DNA from: an uncultured delta proteobacterium
Lineage (GTDB): Bacteria > Myxococcota > Myxococcia > Myxococcales > Anaeromyxobacteraceae
Reading direction: 5' to 3'
Assembly (NCBI GenBank): GCA_963766715.1
Contig: CAVYBH010000015.1
Span: forward strand, 256,001 to 320,000
Length of the DNA: 64,000 bases
Within the stretch, counting starts at the first letter, position 1. The number at the start of each line of letters is the position of its first letter. Positions 53,811 through 63,172 of this stretch are shown piece by piece. Position numbers and translations under genes: made by a program. Below the pieces are notes generated by a model that did not search any database, was not told the origin of the DNA, and was given only the letters and a program-made list of their open reading frames with translations.

Positions 53811-56080
53811 ATGCTCCACCTCTCCGTCCGGGCGGCCGCCGCCGCGATCGCGGTCGCCACCGCCCTCCCCGCCCTTCCCGCCGCCACCCCGCCCGGCCAC
53901 CACGCCGCCTCCTTCACGTCAGTGGAGGGGCCGCGCTGGGCTCGTACGAGGCCGGCTTCCTCTACTACATGCTGGCCGCCGGGCAGGTGAACGGCGGCGG
54001 CGGGCTCGACCTGCGGCTGGCGACCGGCGCCTCTGCCGGGAGCATCAACTCGCTCCTCGCGCTGGTCCACGCCGAGGGAGGGCTCCCGCTCGATCCCGAC
54101 CAGAGCCTGTTCGCGCGGGTCTGGCTGCCCATGGGCTTCCGCGAGCTCTTCCAGCCGGGCATGACCACGACGCTGGGCGCGTTCTCCCGCCAGGCCCTCC
54201 TCCAGGACGCGAGGCGGGTCGAGGAGGCCTTCCGCGCCGGGCTGCCGGCCTCGCTCGACGTGGTGCTGGCGGTGGCGGTGACCCGCGTCACGCCGCGGCA
54301 GCGCCGGATCGCGGCGGGCCGGGCCTCGGTCCCGCGCACCGAGGAGAAGTTCATCGTCCGCATCCAGGGGCGAGGTCCGGGGCAGATGCCCCGGATCACC
54401 AACTACGCGTCGGAGAGCCTGGAGGAGGAGCAGGCGCTCCTCCCGGAGGACGGCAAGGGCGAGATCGCCTTCGAGCGGCTGGCCAGCCTGCTCGTGGCGT
54501 CGGCCGCGTTCCCGGTGGCCTTCGCGCCGGAGAAGCTGGCCCACTGCATGGTGTCGACGCGCGGGAAGTCGCGGCCCTTCTGCCCGGTGTCGGAGGCGCG
54601 CGAGGAGCTCTTCGTCGACGGCGGGGTCTTCGACAACGCGCCGCTCCGCGTGGCGGCCTGGATCGCGGCCGGCGGCCTCCGCCCCGTGGACGGCAGGCTC
54701 CGCTGGCTCGACGCGCCGGTCTACGACGATCCGCGACCGCCGCGCGACGTCGACTTCGCCTTCCTCTCGGCCGAGGCCCGGGCCTACCCCACCGAGTCGG
54801 AGGCCCGGCGGGCCGAAGGCGACGGCGGGCTGCCCTCGCTCGTCGAGGAGGAGCTCGCGAGCTTCGTCGCGACCGCGCGGTCGAAGGAGCTCGACACGCT
54901 CGTCTCCGAGTACCCGGCGGTCACGAACGGGCTGCTCTTCGCCCAGCGCCACGTCCCCGCGGCGAGCGAGCCGATGCTGGCCTTCTTCGGCTTCTTCGAG
55001 CGTTCCTTCCGGTCGTTCGACTTCGCGCTGGGCATGTACGAGGCCCGCCGGCAGCTGCGGAAGAACCCGCTCGCGCGCGTGCAGGACCACCCCGGATCGA
55101 CCCGGTTCGTGCTGCCGGAGGAGTCCCCGGGCGCGAGGGAGAACGCCGCCTCCTGGGCGCCGCTCGCCTGCCTGGACGCGGTGCTCGACGGGGAGGGCGA
55201 CCCGGCCGTCGCCTGCGCCGGGGAGCGGCTCTCCAGCCTGCGCATCGTCCTGCAGACCTCGCTCGACCGGCTGTGGAACGCCTGCCAGGCCTTTCCCGCC
55301 ACCGGCCCCGAGGCGGCCGCCTACCCGGCCTGCACGCGGATCGTGGGGCACGCCAGGCGCCTCGCGTCCCCGGCGTCCCGGCCCCGCCCGGCTCCACGCT
55401 TGCGGGGCGCCTCCGAGTCGGAGACGGAGTACGTGGTCCGGCTGCTCGCCGACTACGGCTTCGACTGGACCGACATGGGCTACGGCCGGGCCGACGCGGC
55501 CCACGCGCTGGTGGGCATCCGGGGAGAGCTGCAGGCCGTGTCGCGGACGCTGGCGAGGCGCCAGCCCACCCTCGCCGCCCGGAGCACCGTGCAGGCCGCC
55601 ACCAACCTGGCGGTCGACTCCGTCCACTACCTGCCCCCGCGCAGTGCACTCTGGGTCACGTTCGGGCGCGCGCTCGAGGTGGGCGGCGGGGTGGCGGTGG
55701 TCGACACGCTCTGGCTGCGGCTCAGCGGCGCGCTGAAGCTCCAGAACCTCCTGACCGCCGTCTCCTCGGACCCGACCTCGGTGAGCCTGCTGCCGGTGGC
55801 CGGCGTCGAGGTGGTGCCGGCCGCCATCGGGACCTCGGTCGTCCAGCCGAGCTTCCTGCTCCGGGGCGGCTACCTCTTCGACTTCAACGACGCGGGCTGC
55901 GGCGGGAGCGCCGGGACCAGCATCGGCGAGTGCTCGCGACCGGAGGTCGAGATCGGGGCGGCGGTGGTGATCGCCTCCCTGCTCCGGATCCAGTTCCTGG
56001 TGGAGTGGTACCCGGCGGCCCGCGGCGCCCGCGGCCTCTGGGGGCTGGCGCCGTCGATGGGCTTCCAGCTCGGGTTCTGA
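53811..56080 (+). CDS. Patatin-like phospholipase with a C-terminal beta-rich domain (N-terminal indels)
   Basis: Reconstructed SGG..LGSYEAG, GASAG nucleophile, ASAAFP, DGGVFDN; ends GFQLGF. Confidence 0.78.
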
Positions 56081-56084
56081 TCGG

Positions 56085-56215
56085 GAGGAGGAGGAACGGG
56101 AGAGGGGGCCGGCCGTCCTTCCGGAACCCCTCTCCCCCTTCACGCCGCGTGCGCCCCTAGGGAGGACGCGCGCGTCGCCTTCGTTCAGGCCCCGGCAGCA
56201 CCGCCGGGACCTCGA
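56085..56215 (-). ncRNA. Candidate three-hairpin small RNA
   Basis: Three consecutive stem-loops (about 56188-56212, 56143-56177, 56098-56136) with purine-rich linkers, starting just downstream of a -24/-12 motif; no credible ORF. Confidence 0.4.
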
Positions 56216-56225
56216 CTGGGAGTGT

Positions 56226-56241
56226 AGCAAGCCCGGGGCCA
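56226..56241 (-). promoter_or_regulatory. Possible sigma-54 promoter
   Basis: Minus strand reads TGGCCCCGGGCTTGCT (GG-N10-GC with TTGCT). Confidence 0.45.
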
Positions 56242-56456
56242 TCCGGTCTCCCCGCCGGCCGATCGCCCAAGCGGTCGGGATCGCGGTGAATCCAACTTCT
56301 TTTCCCGCGCCCCCCCGGCCCGCGCCGGCGCGGACGGCCACCCTGGGTGCCCGGGGCACCCCGCCCCCCGGCACCCTTCCGGTCTCGGGGCCCCGAGGTT
56401 GTGGTACCTTTTCCGGCCCGGCCACGTGGGCCGGCTGCAACGTTCACGGAGACAGC

Positions 56457-57545
56457 ATGAGCACGAAGAAGCTCCGCGTCGGCGTCCTCGGCGCCACCGG
56501 CATGGTCGGCCAGAGGTTCCTGTCGCTCCTCGAGAACCACCCCTGGTACGAGATCACCCTCGTCGCCGCCAGCGCCAACTCGGCGGGCCAGAAGTACGCC
56601 GACGCCGTGAAGGGTCGCTGGGCGCTCGGGAGCCCCCCGCCGGCGAAGTCCGGCGCGCTGGTGGTCCAGAACGCCTCCGACGTGGCCCGGATCGCCGACC
56701 AGGTCGACCTGGTCTTCTGCGCGGTGGACATGAGCAAGGAGGAGACGGCCAAGCTCGAGGAGGACTACGCGCGCCGCGAGACGCCGGTGGTCTCCAACAA
56801 CTCGGCCCACCGCGCCACGCCCGACGTGCCGATGATGGTGCCCGAGGTGAACCCGGAGCACGCCTCGGTGATCGAGGCCCAGCGGCGCCGGCTCGGCACC
56901 CGCCGCGGCTTCGTGGCCGTGAAGCCCAACTGCTCGCTGCAGAGCTACGTGCCGGCCATCCATCCCCTCATGGCCTTCGGGCCGAAGCGCATCGCGGTCT
57001 GCACGTACCAGGCGATCAGCGGCGCCGGGAAGACCTTCGAGAGCTGGCCCGAGATGGTGGACAACCTCATCCCCTTCATCAAGGGCGAGGAGGAGAAGTC
57101 GGAGAAGGAGCCCATGAAGATCTGGGGCAAGGAGGTGGACGGCCGGATCGTCCCCGCCTCGAACCCGGTCATCTCGGCCCAGTGCCTCCGCGTCCCGGTC
57201 TCCGACGGCCACATGGCCGCGGTCTTCGTCCAGTTCGACCGCAAGCCGTCGAAGGAGGAGATCATCGAGCTGTGGCGAGGGTTCGTGGGCAAGCCGCAGG
57301 TCCTCGACCTGCCCAGCGCGCCGAAGCCCTTCCTCACCTACTTCGAGGACGACAGCCGCCCCCAGACGAAGCTCGACCGGGACGCGGGTGGCGGCATGGG
57401 CGTGACCATCGGCCGGCTGCGCCCCGACGCCCTCTTCGACTACCGGTTCGTGGCCCTGAGCCACAACACGGTCCGCGGGGCGGCGGGTGGCGCGGTGCTG
57501 ACGGCCGAGCTGCTCACCCAGGAAGGCTACATCCAGGCGAAGTAG
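56457..57545 (+). CDS. asd: Aspartate-semialdehyde dehydrogenase
   Basis: VGVLGATGMVGQRF, SNNSAHR, PEVN, KPNCS (catalytic Cys), QAISGAG, RVPV.DGH, HNTVRGAAG. Confidence 0.95.
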   Translation: MSTKKLRVGVLGATGMVGQRFLSLLENHPWYEITLVAASANSAGQKYADAVKGRWALGSPPPAKSGALVVQNASDVARIADQVDLVFCAVDMSKEETAKLEEDYARRETPVVSNNSAHRATPDVPMMVPEVNPEHASVIEAQRRRLGTRRGFVAVKPNCSLQSYVPAIHPLMAFGPKRIAVCTYQAISGAGKTFESWPEMVDNLIPFIKGEEEKSEKEPMKIWGKEVDGRIVPASNPVISAQCLRVPVSDGHMAAVFVQFDRKPSKEEIIELWRGFVGKPQVLDLPSAPKPFLTYFEDDSRPQTKLDRDAGGGMGVTIGRLRPDALFDYRFVALSHNTVRGAAGGAVLTAELLTQEGYIQAK

Positions 57546-57681
57546 CTCCTGGCCGGACCTGGGTGGGTGAAGGCACGCAGCCTGGGCCCTTTGCGGGGCC
57601 TTTGCCCCACGGGTCCGGCGTCCCTCACCTCGCAAGCGCCCGATCTCCGGGGATCCCGGGGTGGGCGTGGGGCGCCGAACT

Positions 57682-57698
57682 CTGGCACCTACCTTGCT
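57682..57698 (+). promoter_or_regulatory. Sigma-54 (RpoN) -24/-12 promoter
   Basis: CTGGCACCTACCTTGCT against consensus YTGGCACG-N4-TTGCW, with exact GG-N10-GC spacing. Confidence 0.75.
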
Positions 57699-57708
57699 GT
57701 AAGTGCGA

Positions 57709-57864
57709 GTGGGACCGCGACGGGACCCAATCGGATTGGCGGTTTCTGGAGGGGGATCGCCAACCCGACGGCGCACTGCGCCAGACCCGCCTGCCGGCCC
57801 CGCCTATTGCTGGGGGAGATTCAGAAGGAGGCCACCTCGGAAGAGATGGCCTCCTTCCTCTTTT
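57709..57864 (+). ncRNA. Candidate sigma-54-dependent small RNA (~155 nt)
   Basis: Lies between the RpoN promoter and an intrinsic terminator; internal hairpin TTGGCGGTTTC...GGGATCGCCAA; no RBS-led ORF. Confidence 0.5.
57824..57864 (+). terminator. Rho-independent terminator
   Basis: GAAGGAGGCCA-c-CTC-GGAA-GAG-a-TGGCCTCCTTC followed by CTCTTTT. Confidence 0.8.
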
Positions 57865-57884
57865 CGGGCCCGGCCTCCGGCCGG

Positions 57885-58583
57885 CTAGTCCCGCCTGCCG
57901 CCGAAGACGTTCAGGATCGACAGGAACAGGTTGATGAAGTCGAGGTAGAGGGCCAGCGCGCCGTTCACCGGCAGCGCGGCCACGCCCGCACCGGCGGCCG
58001 CCATGCGACGCAGGCGCTGGGTGTCGTAGGCGGTGAGCCCGGTGAAGACCACCACCCCGGCGGCGGAGAGCACCCACTGCATCATGCTGCTCTTCAGGAA
58101 GATGTTCACCAGGCTGGCGATGACGATGCCGATGAGCCCCATGAAGAGGAACGAGGACCAGCCGGAGAGGTCGCGCTTGGTCACGGTGGCGAAGACGCTC
58201 ATGGCGAGGAACGTGCCCGCCGTGACCGCGAACGCGGCCGCCACCGACGTGCCGGTGTAGGCGAGCAGCACGACCGAGAGGGTCGCGCCGGTGAGCGCCG
58301 AGTAGAGCAGGAAGAGCGCGCCGGCCACCCCGGCCGAGAGCTTGTTCACTGCCGCGGACAGCGCGATGACCAGGCCGAACTGGGCGATGACGAGCCCCCA
58401 GAAGACGGCGCGGTTGCCGAGGACGACCTGCAGCGCGGCGGGCGTGCTCGCCACGTAGAAGGCGACGCCGGCCGTGACGAGCAAGCCGAGGCTCATCCAG
58501 CGGTACACGGCGGACATGAAGCGGCGCTCGACGTCGGACGCGCCGCGGACCATCACCTGATAATTTTCGTATCCCTGTGCCAT
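57885..58583 (-). CDS. Bax inhibitor-1 / YccA family membrane protein
   Basis: FM..VY.WM..GL, LYSALTG.TLS, TKRDLS, FTGLTAYDTQ, GALALYLDFINLFL. Confidence 0.93.
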   Translation of the reverse strand: MAQGYENYQVMVRGASDVERRFMSAVYRWMSLGLLVTAGVAFYVASTPAALQVVLGNRAVFWGLVIAQFGLVIALSAAVNKLSAGVAGALFLLYSALTGATLSVVLLAYTGTSVAAAFAVTAGTFLAMSVFATVTKRDLSGWSSFLFMGLIGIVIASLVNIFLKSSMMQWVLSAAGVVVFTGLTAYDTQRLRRMAAAGAGVAALPVNGALALYLDFINLFLSILNVFGGRRD

Positions 58584-58661
58584 GCCGGGGATCTTAACCA
58601 TCCCGGCGGGGGAAGCCAGCACCGGCCGGGGCGTTTCCGGCCCGGAAGGCCCGCCAGCGCG

Positions 58662-59306
58662 TCAGAGCCGCTCGAGCACCGGCAGGAGCTCCCCCACCTC
58701 GGCGGCCCAGGCCCGGGGAGCGGCGGGCTCGAGCTCGGCCCGGGTGAACGGCCCCCAGAGCGTGGCCACGGTGGCCACCCCGGCGGCGTTGCCGGCGCGC
58801 ACGTCGTGGGGCGAGTCGCCGACGAAGGCGGCCTCTCCCGGCGCGGCGGAGAGCGCGCCCAGCGCGAACCGCACCGGCTCGGGGTCGGGCTTGTGGCGAG
58901 CCGTGGACTCGAGCCCGACCACCACCTCGAAGTGACCGAGGAGGCCGAGGAATTCGAGGGAGCGGCGCGCCGAGGGCTCGAGCTTGGAGGTGACGACCGC
59001 CATGCGCACGCCGCGGCGGCCGAGCGCGTCGAGCACGTCCGGCACCCCCGGGAAGGCGCGCACCATGGCGTCGTGGTGCGCCCACTGGTGCTCCTTGTAG
59101 CGCTCCTTGAGGAGCGCCACGTCGGCCTCGTCCGCGGCCCAGCGCCGGATCATGGCGTCGAGCGGGGTTCCGATGAGGGCCACCCATTCCGGCACGGAGG
59201 GCGCGCAGGCACGCCCGGCGAAGGCGTGCTGCATCGACGCCACGATGAGCGGGATCGAGTCGATGAGGGTCCCGTCCAGGTCGAACAGGACCGCGCGGGG
59301 CATCAT
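58662..59306 (-). CDS. HAD family hydrolase, PpaX-like
   Basis: FDLDGTL.DS, VTSK, HKPDPEP, VGDSPHD..AG..AG. Confidence 0.88.
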   Translation of the reverse strand: MMPRAVLFDLDGTLIDSIPLIVASMQHAFAGRACAPSVPEWVALIGTPLDAMIRRWAADEADVALLKERYKEHQWAHHDAMVRAFPGVPDVLDALGRRGVRMAVVTSKLEPSARRSLEFLGLLGHFEVVVGLESTARHKPDPEPVRFALGALSAAPGEAAFVGDSPHDVRAGNAAGVATVATLWGPFTRAELEPAAPRAWAAEVGELLPVLERL

Positions 59307-59328
59307 CGACCCGATCCCGGGGCGGCGC

Positions 59329-62300
59329 CTACAGGAGGCCGGGCTTGCCGGCCTTGAAGCGGTTGAACTCGGTGACCAGCAGGTCGACGTGCTCCCGCTC
59401 CTCGGCGGCCAGCTCCCTGTAGAGCTGCCCCTCGACGGATCCGGCCGGCGCCTGGGCGCCCTTCTCGGCGAAGAACTTCACCGCCCGCTGCTCGAACGCG
59501 ATGGCGATCCGGAAGAGGTTGGCGGGGTCCTTGGGGTCGTTGGGGATCCCGGCGTACACGGCGGCACGCTCGGTCTTGAAGCCGGCCGACGCCTCGGCCA
59601 CGTCGGCGTGGTAGCGCGCCGACAGGGTGGCCATGTGCTCCTTCTCCATCTCGGCGAACTTGCCGAAGAGGTCGCGGAGCAGCGGGTCGGTCGACTCGGC
59701 GGCGGCCCGCTTGTAGAAGGCCATGCCGCCCAGCTCGATCTCGAAGGCGGTGCGGATGGCGTCGAGGGCCTTGGCGTCGGCGATGGAACGCTCGCCCATC
59801 TGCGCGAGCTTGCCGCCGCAGGCCGGGCACTGGCCGTACGGGAAGGCGAAGCCCTCGCTCACCTTGGCGCACGCCTCACAGCGCCACTGGATCTTGGCGT
59901 CGGCGCAGCAGATGTACTCCTCGTCGCCGTCGAGCGGCTGGCGGCACTTCGGACAGGTCTTCGCACCGGCATCCACGGGGGCGGCTCCCTCTGCGGTCGG
60001 GGCGGCGCCGGCGACTCCCTTGCCGAGCGCCGTCATGGGGACGAAGGCTTCCAGGTCGGCGCCGGTCACCGGCCACTTCGACTTCCGGGCCGACAGCCAG
60101 GTGGCGATGCCCTTGGCGGCCCGGCGACCCGCGCCCATGGCGAGGATGACCGTGGCGCCACCGGTGACGATGTCACCGCCGGCGAAGACGCCGGGAAGGG
60201 TCGTGGCCTGGGCGACGTCGTCGGCGACCACGTTGCCCCACTTGTTGAGGCCGAGCCCCGGGGTGGCCTGGGTGATGATCGGGTTCGCCTTGGTGCCGAG
60301 CGCGTAGATCACCGTGTCGCACTGGAGGTCCTTGAAGCGGCCGGTGGGGACGGGCTTGCGGCGCCCCTTCTCGTCCGGGTCGCCGAGCTGCATCTCCTCC
60401 ACCTTCATGCCGCGGACGTTGCCCTCGGCGTCGGTGTAGATCTCCACCGGCGCGTGGAGGAAGAAGAAGTCGATCCCCTCCTCCTTGGCGTGGCGGATCT
60501 CCTCGATGCGGGCCGGGGCCTCGGCCTCGGTGCGCCGGTAGACGCAGCGGACGGTGGCCGCGCCGATGCGCTTCGAGACGCGCAGGCAGTCCATGGCGGT
60601 GTTGCCGGCGCCGATGACCACCACGCTCTGCCCGACGTTCACCGGGGTGTCGAGGTAGGGGAACTTGTCGCCGCCCATGAGGTTCACGCGGGTCAGGAAC
60701 TCGTTGGCCGAGTAGACCTGCCCGGCGAACTCACCGGGGATCCCGAGGAACGTGGGGGCGCCGGCGCCGACGCCGAGGAACACCGCGTCGAAGCCCTTGT
60801 CCTTCATGAGCTGGTCGACCGTGAAGGTCTTGCCCACCACCTTGTTGGTCTCGAGCTTCACGCCCATGTCCTTCAGGCGGTTCACCTCGCGGTCGATGAT
60901 GTCGCGGGGGAGCCGGAAGGACGGGATGCCGTAGCGGAGCACGCCACCGACCACGTGGAGCGCCTCGTAGATGGTCACCTCTGCGCCGTAGCGCACCAGG
61001 TCGGCGGCGGCGGCGAGTCCGGCCGGGCCGGAGCCCACCACGGCCACCTTGCCCAGCTTGCGCTCGAAGCGCGGGGGCACGGCCGGAGGCGGCTTGGCGT
61101 TGTCACCGACGAAGCGCTCGAGCCGGCCGATGGCGACCGACTCGACCTTCTTGTTGATGATGCACTGGGCCTCGCACTGCGACTCCTGCGGGCAGACGCG
61201 GCCGCAGACCGAGGGGAACATGTTGGCGTCGTAGATGGCCTCGAGGGCGCCGTCGAGGTCGCGGACGAGGAGGTGCCGGATGAAGCGCGGGATGTCGATC
61301 TGGACCGGACAGCCGGCGATGCAGGTCGGCTTCGCGCACTGGATGCAGCGCTCGGCCTCGCGCAGGGCGTCCTGCAGCGAGAAGCCCAGGTTCACTTCCT
61401 TGAAGTTGCGGGAGCGCTCGAGCGCGTCGCGCTCGGGCATGTGGACCTGGTGCGGCTCGAGCTCCTTGATCTTCTTGTAGTTGCGCTTCTGCTCGTCGAA
61501 GAGCTGCTTCTCGAGGTTGCAGACGTGCGCGTAGTCCTGGTTCGCCGTCTCCTCCTGGCCCTTGAAGCGCTTCTGCCGGGCCATGAGCTCCTTGAAGTCG
61601 ACCTTGTGCCCGTCGAAGTCCGGGCCCTCGACGCAGGCGAACTTCACCTGGCCGTCGACCGTGACGCGGCAGGAGCCGCACATGCCGGTCCCGTCCACCA
61701 TGATGGCGTTCAGGGACACCATGGTCTTCACGCCGAACGGGCGGGAGGTCTCCACGCAGCCGTACATCATCGGGAGCGGCCCGATGGCGACGACCATGTC
61801 GGGCTTCTGCGTCTCGAGGATCTCCTTCAGCGCCACCGTGACGAAGCCGGGCTTGCCGTAGCTGCCGTCGTCGGTGCAGACGATGAGGTTGTCCGAGTAC
61901 TTCTTGAACTTGTCCTCCCAGAAGACCAGGTCCTTGTTGCGGAACCCAATGATGCTGGTGGTCTTGCAGCCCGCCTCCTTGAAGGCGCGCAGCTGGGGGA
62001 AGACCGGGGCCACGCCCAGGCCGCCGCCGACGAAGACCACGTGCTTCCCGGCCTCGACGTGCTGGGGCATCCCCAGCGGGCCGACGAAGTCGAGGAAGGA
62101 GTCGCCCTGGGCGTAGTTCTCCATCATCTCCTTCGTGGTCTTCCCGAGCGCCTGGATCACCATGGTGATCGTCCCGGCGTCGCGGTCGTAGTCGGCCACC
62201 GTGAGCGGGATGCGCTCGGCGCCCTCCCGCAGGCGCAGCATCACGAAGTGACCGGCCTGGGCCGACTTCGCGACGTCGGGGGCCTCGACCTCCCAGAGGA

Positions 62301-62343
62301 AGGTGGTGGGCGAGAAGACCTGGTGGCGGACAATCTTGTACAT
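59329..62343 (-). CDS. Fused NfnA-NfnB (SudB-SudA) transhydrogenase with a C-terminal Cys-rich segment and a ferritin-like/rubrerythrin domain
   Basis: ERIPLT, GPLG, GGG.GVAP, MVDGTGMCGSCR..CVEGP (NfnA); CIQC..PTC..GCP, CGRVCPQESQCE..C, GSGPAG, GAGNTAMDC, GDIVTG (NfnB); then CPKC, CC, CEAC, CPAC and E..EH/E..EH diiron pairs. Confidence 0.9.
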   Translation of the reverse strand: MYKIVRHQVFSPTTFLWEVEAPDVAKSAQAGHFVMLRLREGAERIPLTVADYDRDAGTITMVIQALGKTTKEMMENYAQGDSFLDFVGPLGMPQHVEAGKHVVFVGGGLGVAPVFPQLRAFKEAGCKTTSIIGFRNKDLVFWEDKFKKYSDNLIVCTDDGSYGKPGFVTVALKEILETQKPDMVVAIGPLPMMYGCVETSRPFGVKTMVSLNAIMVDGTGMCGSCRVTVDGQVKFACVEGPDFDGHKVDFKELMARQKRFKGQEETANQDYAHVCNLEKQLFDEQKRNYKKIKELEPHQVHMPERDALERSRNFKEVNLGFSLQDALREAERCIQCAKPTCIAGCPVQIDIPRFIRHLLVRDLDGALEAIYDANMFPSVCGRVCPQESQCEAQCIINKKVESVAIGRLERFVGDNAKPPPAVPPRFERKLGKVAVVGSGPAGLAAAADLVRYGAEVTIYEALHVVGGVLRYGIPSFRLPRDIIDREVNRLKDMGVKLETNKVVGKTFTVDQLMKDKGFDAVFLGVGAGAPTFLGIPGEFAGQVYSANEFLTRVNLMGGDKFPYLDTPVNVGQSVVVIGAGNTAMDCLRVSKRIGAATVRCVYRRTEAEAPARIEEIRHAKEEGIDFFFLHAPVEIYTDAEGNVRGMKVEEMQLGDPDEKGRRKPVPTGRFKDLQCDTVIYALGTKANPIITQATPGLGLNKWGNVVADDVAQATTLPGVFAGGDIVTGGATVILAMGAGRRAAKGIATWLSARKSKWPVTGADLEAFVPMTALGKGVAGAAPTAEGAAPVDAGAKTCPKCRQPLDGDEEYICCADAKIQWRCEACAKVSEGFAFPYGQCPACGGKLAQMGERSIADAKALDAIRTAFEIELGGMAFYKRAAAESTDPLLRDLFGKFAEMEKEHMATLSARYHADVAEASAGFKTERAAVYAGIPNDPKDPANLFRIAIAFEQRAVKFFAEKGAQAPAGSVEGQLYRELAAEEREHVDLLVTEFNRFKAGKPGLL

Positions 62344-62552
62344 GGGCTTCCGTTCCTCTTTCGGCGATGAGGGAGCACCGGGAGGGGTTTCCGGCGGGAC
62401 GACGTTGGTACCAGCGACCACTGTACCCGTCAAGGGCAACCCGTAGGGTCAGGGTCGCCAAAAAACGTGTAAACGGCGGGGGGTTGCGCCGCGTCAAGCT
62501 CTTCGGGGCACGTCCCCTTGCGCCCGGCGCCCCGCGGGGGCAGGAACTAGCC

Positions 62553-63149
62553 ATGGCGAGCGAGCAATCGGCATCCCACCTGGCCCCCGGCTTCCTCGTC
62601 GCCGCCCCCGCCCTGCGCGACCCCAACTTCGCCGGATCGCTCGTCCTCATGACCGGCCACCGCAAGGAAGGGGCGATGGGCTTCGTCGTGAACCGGCCCG
62701 CCGCGCTCACGGCGGCGGTCATGCTCGCGGCGGTCGACGACCGGCTCGGGGGGCTGGCGCGGGAGTCGGCCCACGGGAGCCAGCCGGTGCTGGTGGGGGG
62801 CCCCGTGGCGCAGGAGCAGGTCTGGGTGCTCTACCGGCGCGGCTCCGTGACCGACGACGACGACGCCATCCGGGTGGGCCGGCACTTCGCGGTGGGGAGC
62901 TCCCGGCCGGTGCTGGAGTCGATCCTGCGCAGCGCGGACGCCGGCCCGGTCCAGCTCTTCATCGGATATTCCGGCTGGGCGCCCCTCCAGCTCGAGAACG
63001 AGATCGCGCAGGGCGCCTGGGTCCCCGCCGCCTTCGACGAGGAGCTCGTGACCACCGTCCCCGTGGCCGATCGGTGGGGCGCGGCGGTGCGGCGCCTGGG
63101 GCTCGACCCGGCCGGGTTCCTGGTGGGAGGCGGCGGCGCGCTGGCCTGA
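62553..63149 (+). CDS. YqgE/AlgH family protein
   Basis: LVA.P.L.DPNF, GAMGFVVNRP, GGPV, GYSGW...QLE.EI..GAW. Confidence 0.9.
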   Translation: MASEQSASHLAPGFLVAAPALRDPNFAGSLVLMTGHRKEGAMGFVVNRPAALTAAVMLAAVDDRLGGLARESAHGSQPVLVGGPVAQEQVWVLYRRGSVTDDDDAIRVGRHFAVGSSRPVLESILRSADAGPVQLFIGYSGWAPLQLENEIAQGAWVPAAFDEELVTTVPVADRWGAAVRRLGLDPAGFLVGGGGALA

Positions 63150-63172
63150 TAGGATCGGCGCCGGAGGGGACC

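Noticed and set aside
56098..56136. TCC-GGAA-GGA motif resembling SRP RNA helix 8, and CTGAACGA resembling a hammerhead core
   Set aside because: The CAGG/AGCA internal loop of SRP is absent, and there is no CUGANGA...GAAA core.
57640..57822. Possible 6S RNA (ATCTCC...GGAGAT end pairing)
   Set aside because: The pairing is patchy, the usual 6S gene context is absent, and the internal RpoN promoter plus terminator explains the region better. An Infernal search would settle it.
59329..62343. Annotation as glutamate synthase small subunit
   Set aside because: No gltB is adjacent and an NfnA/SudB domain is fused, so a transhydrogenase is the better call.
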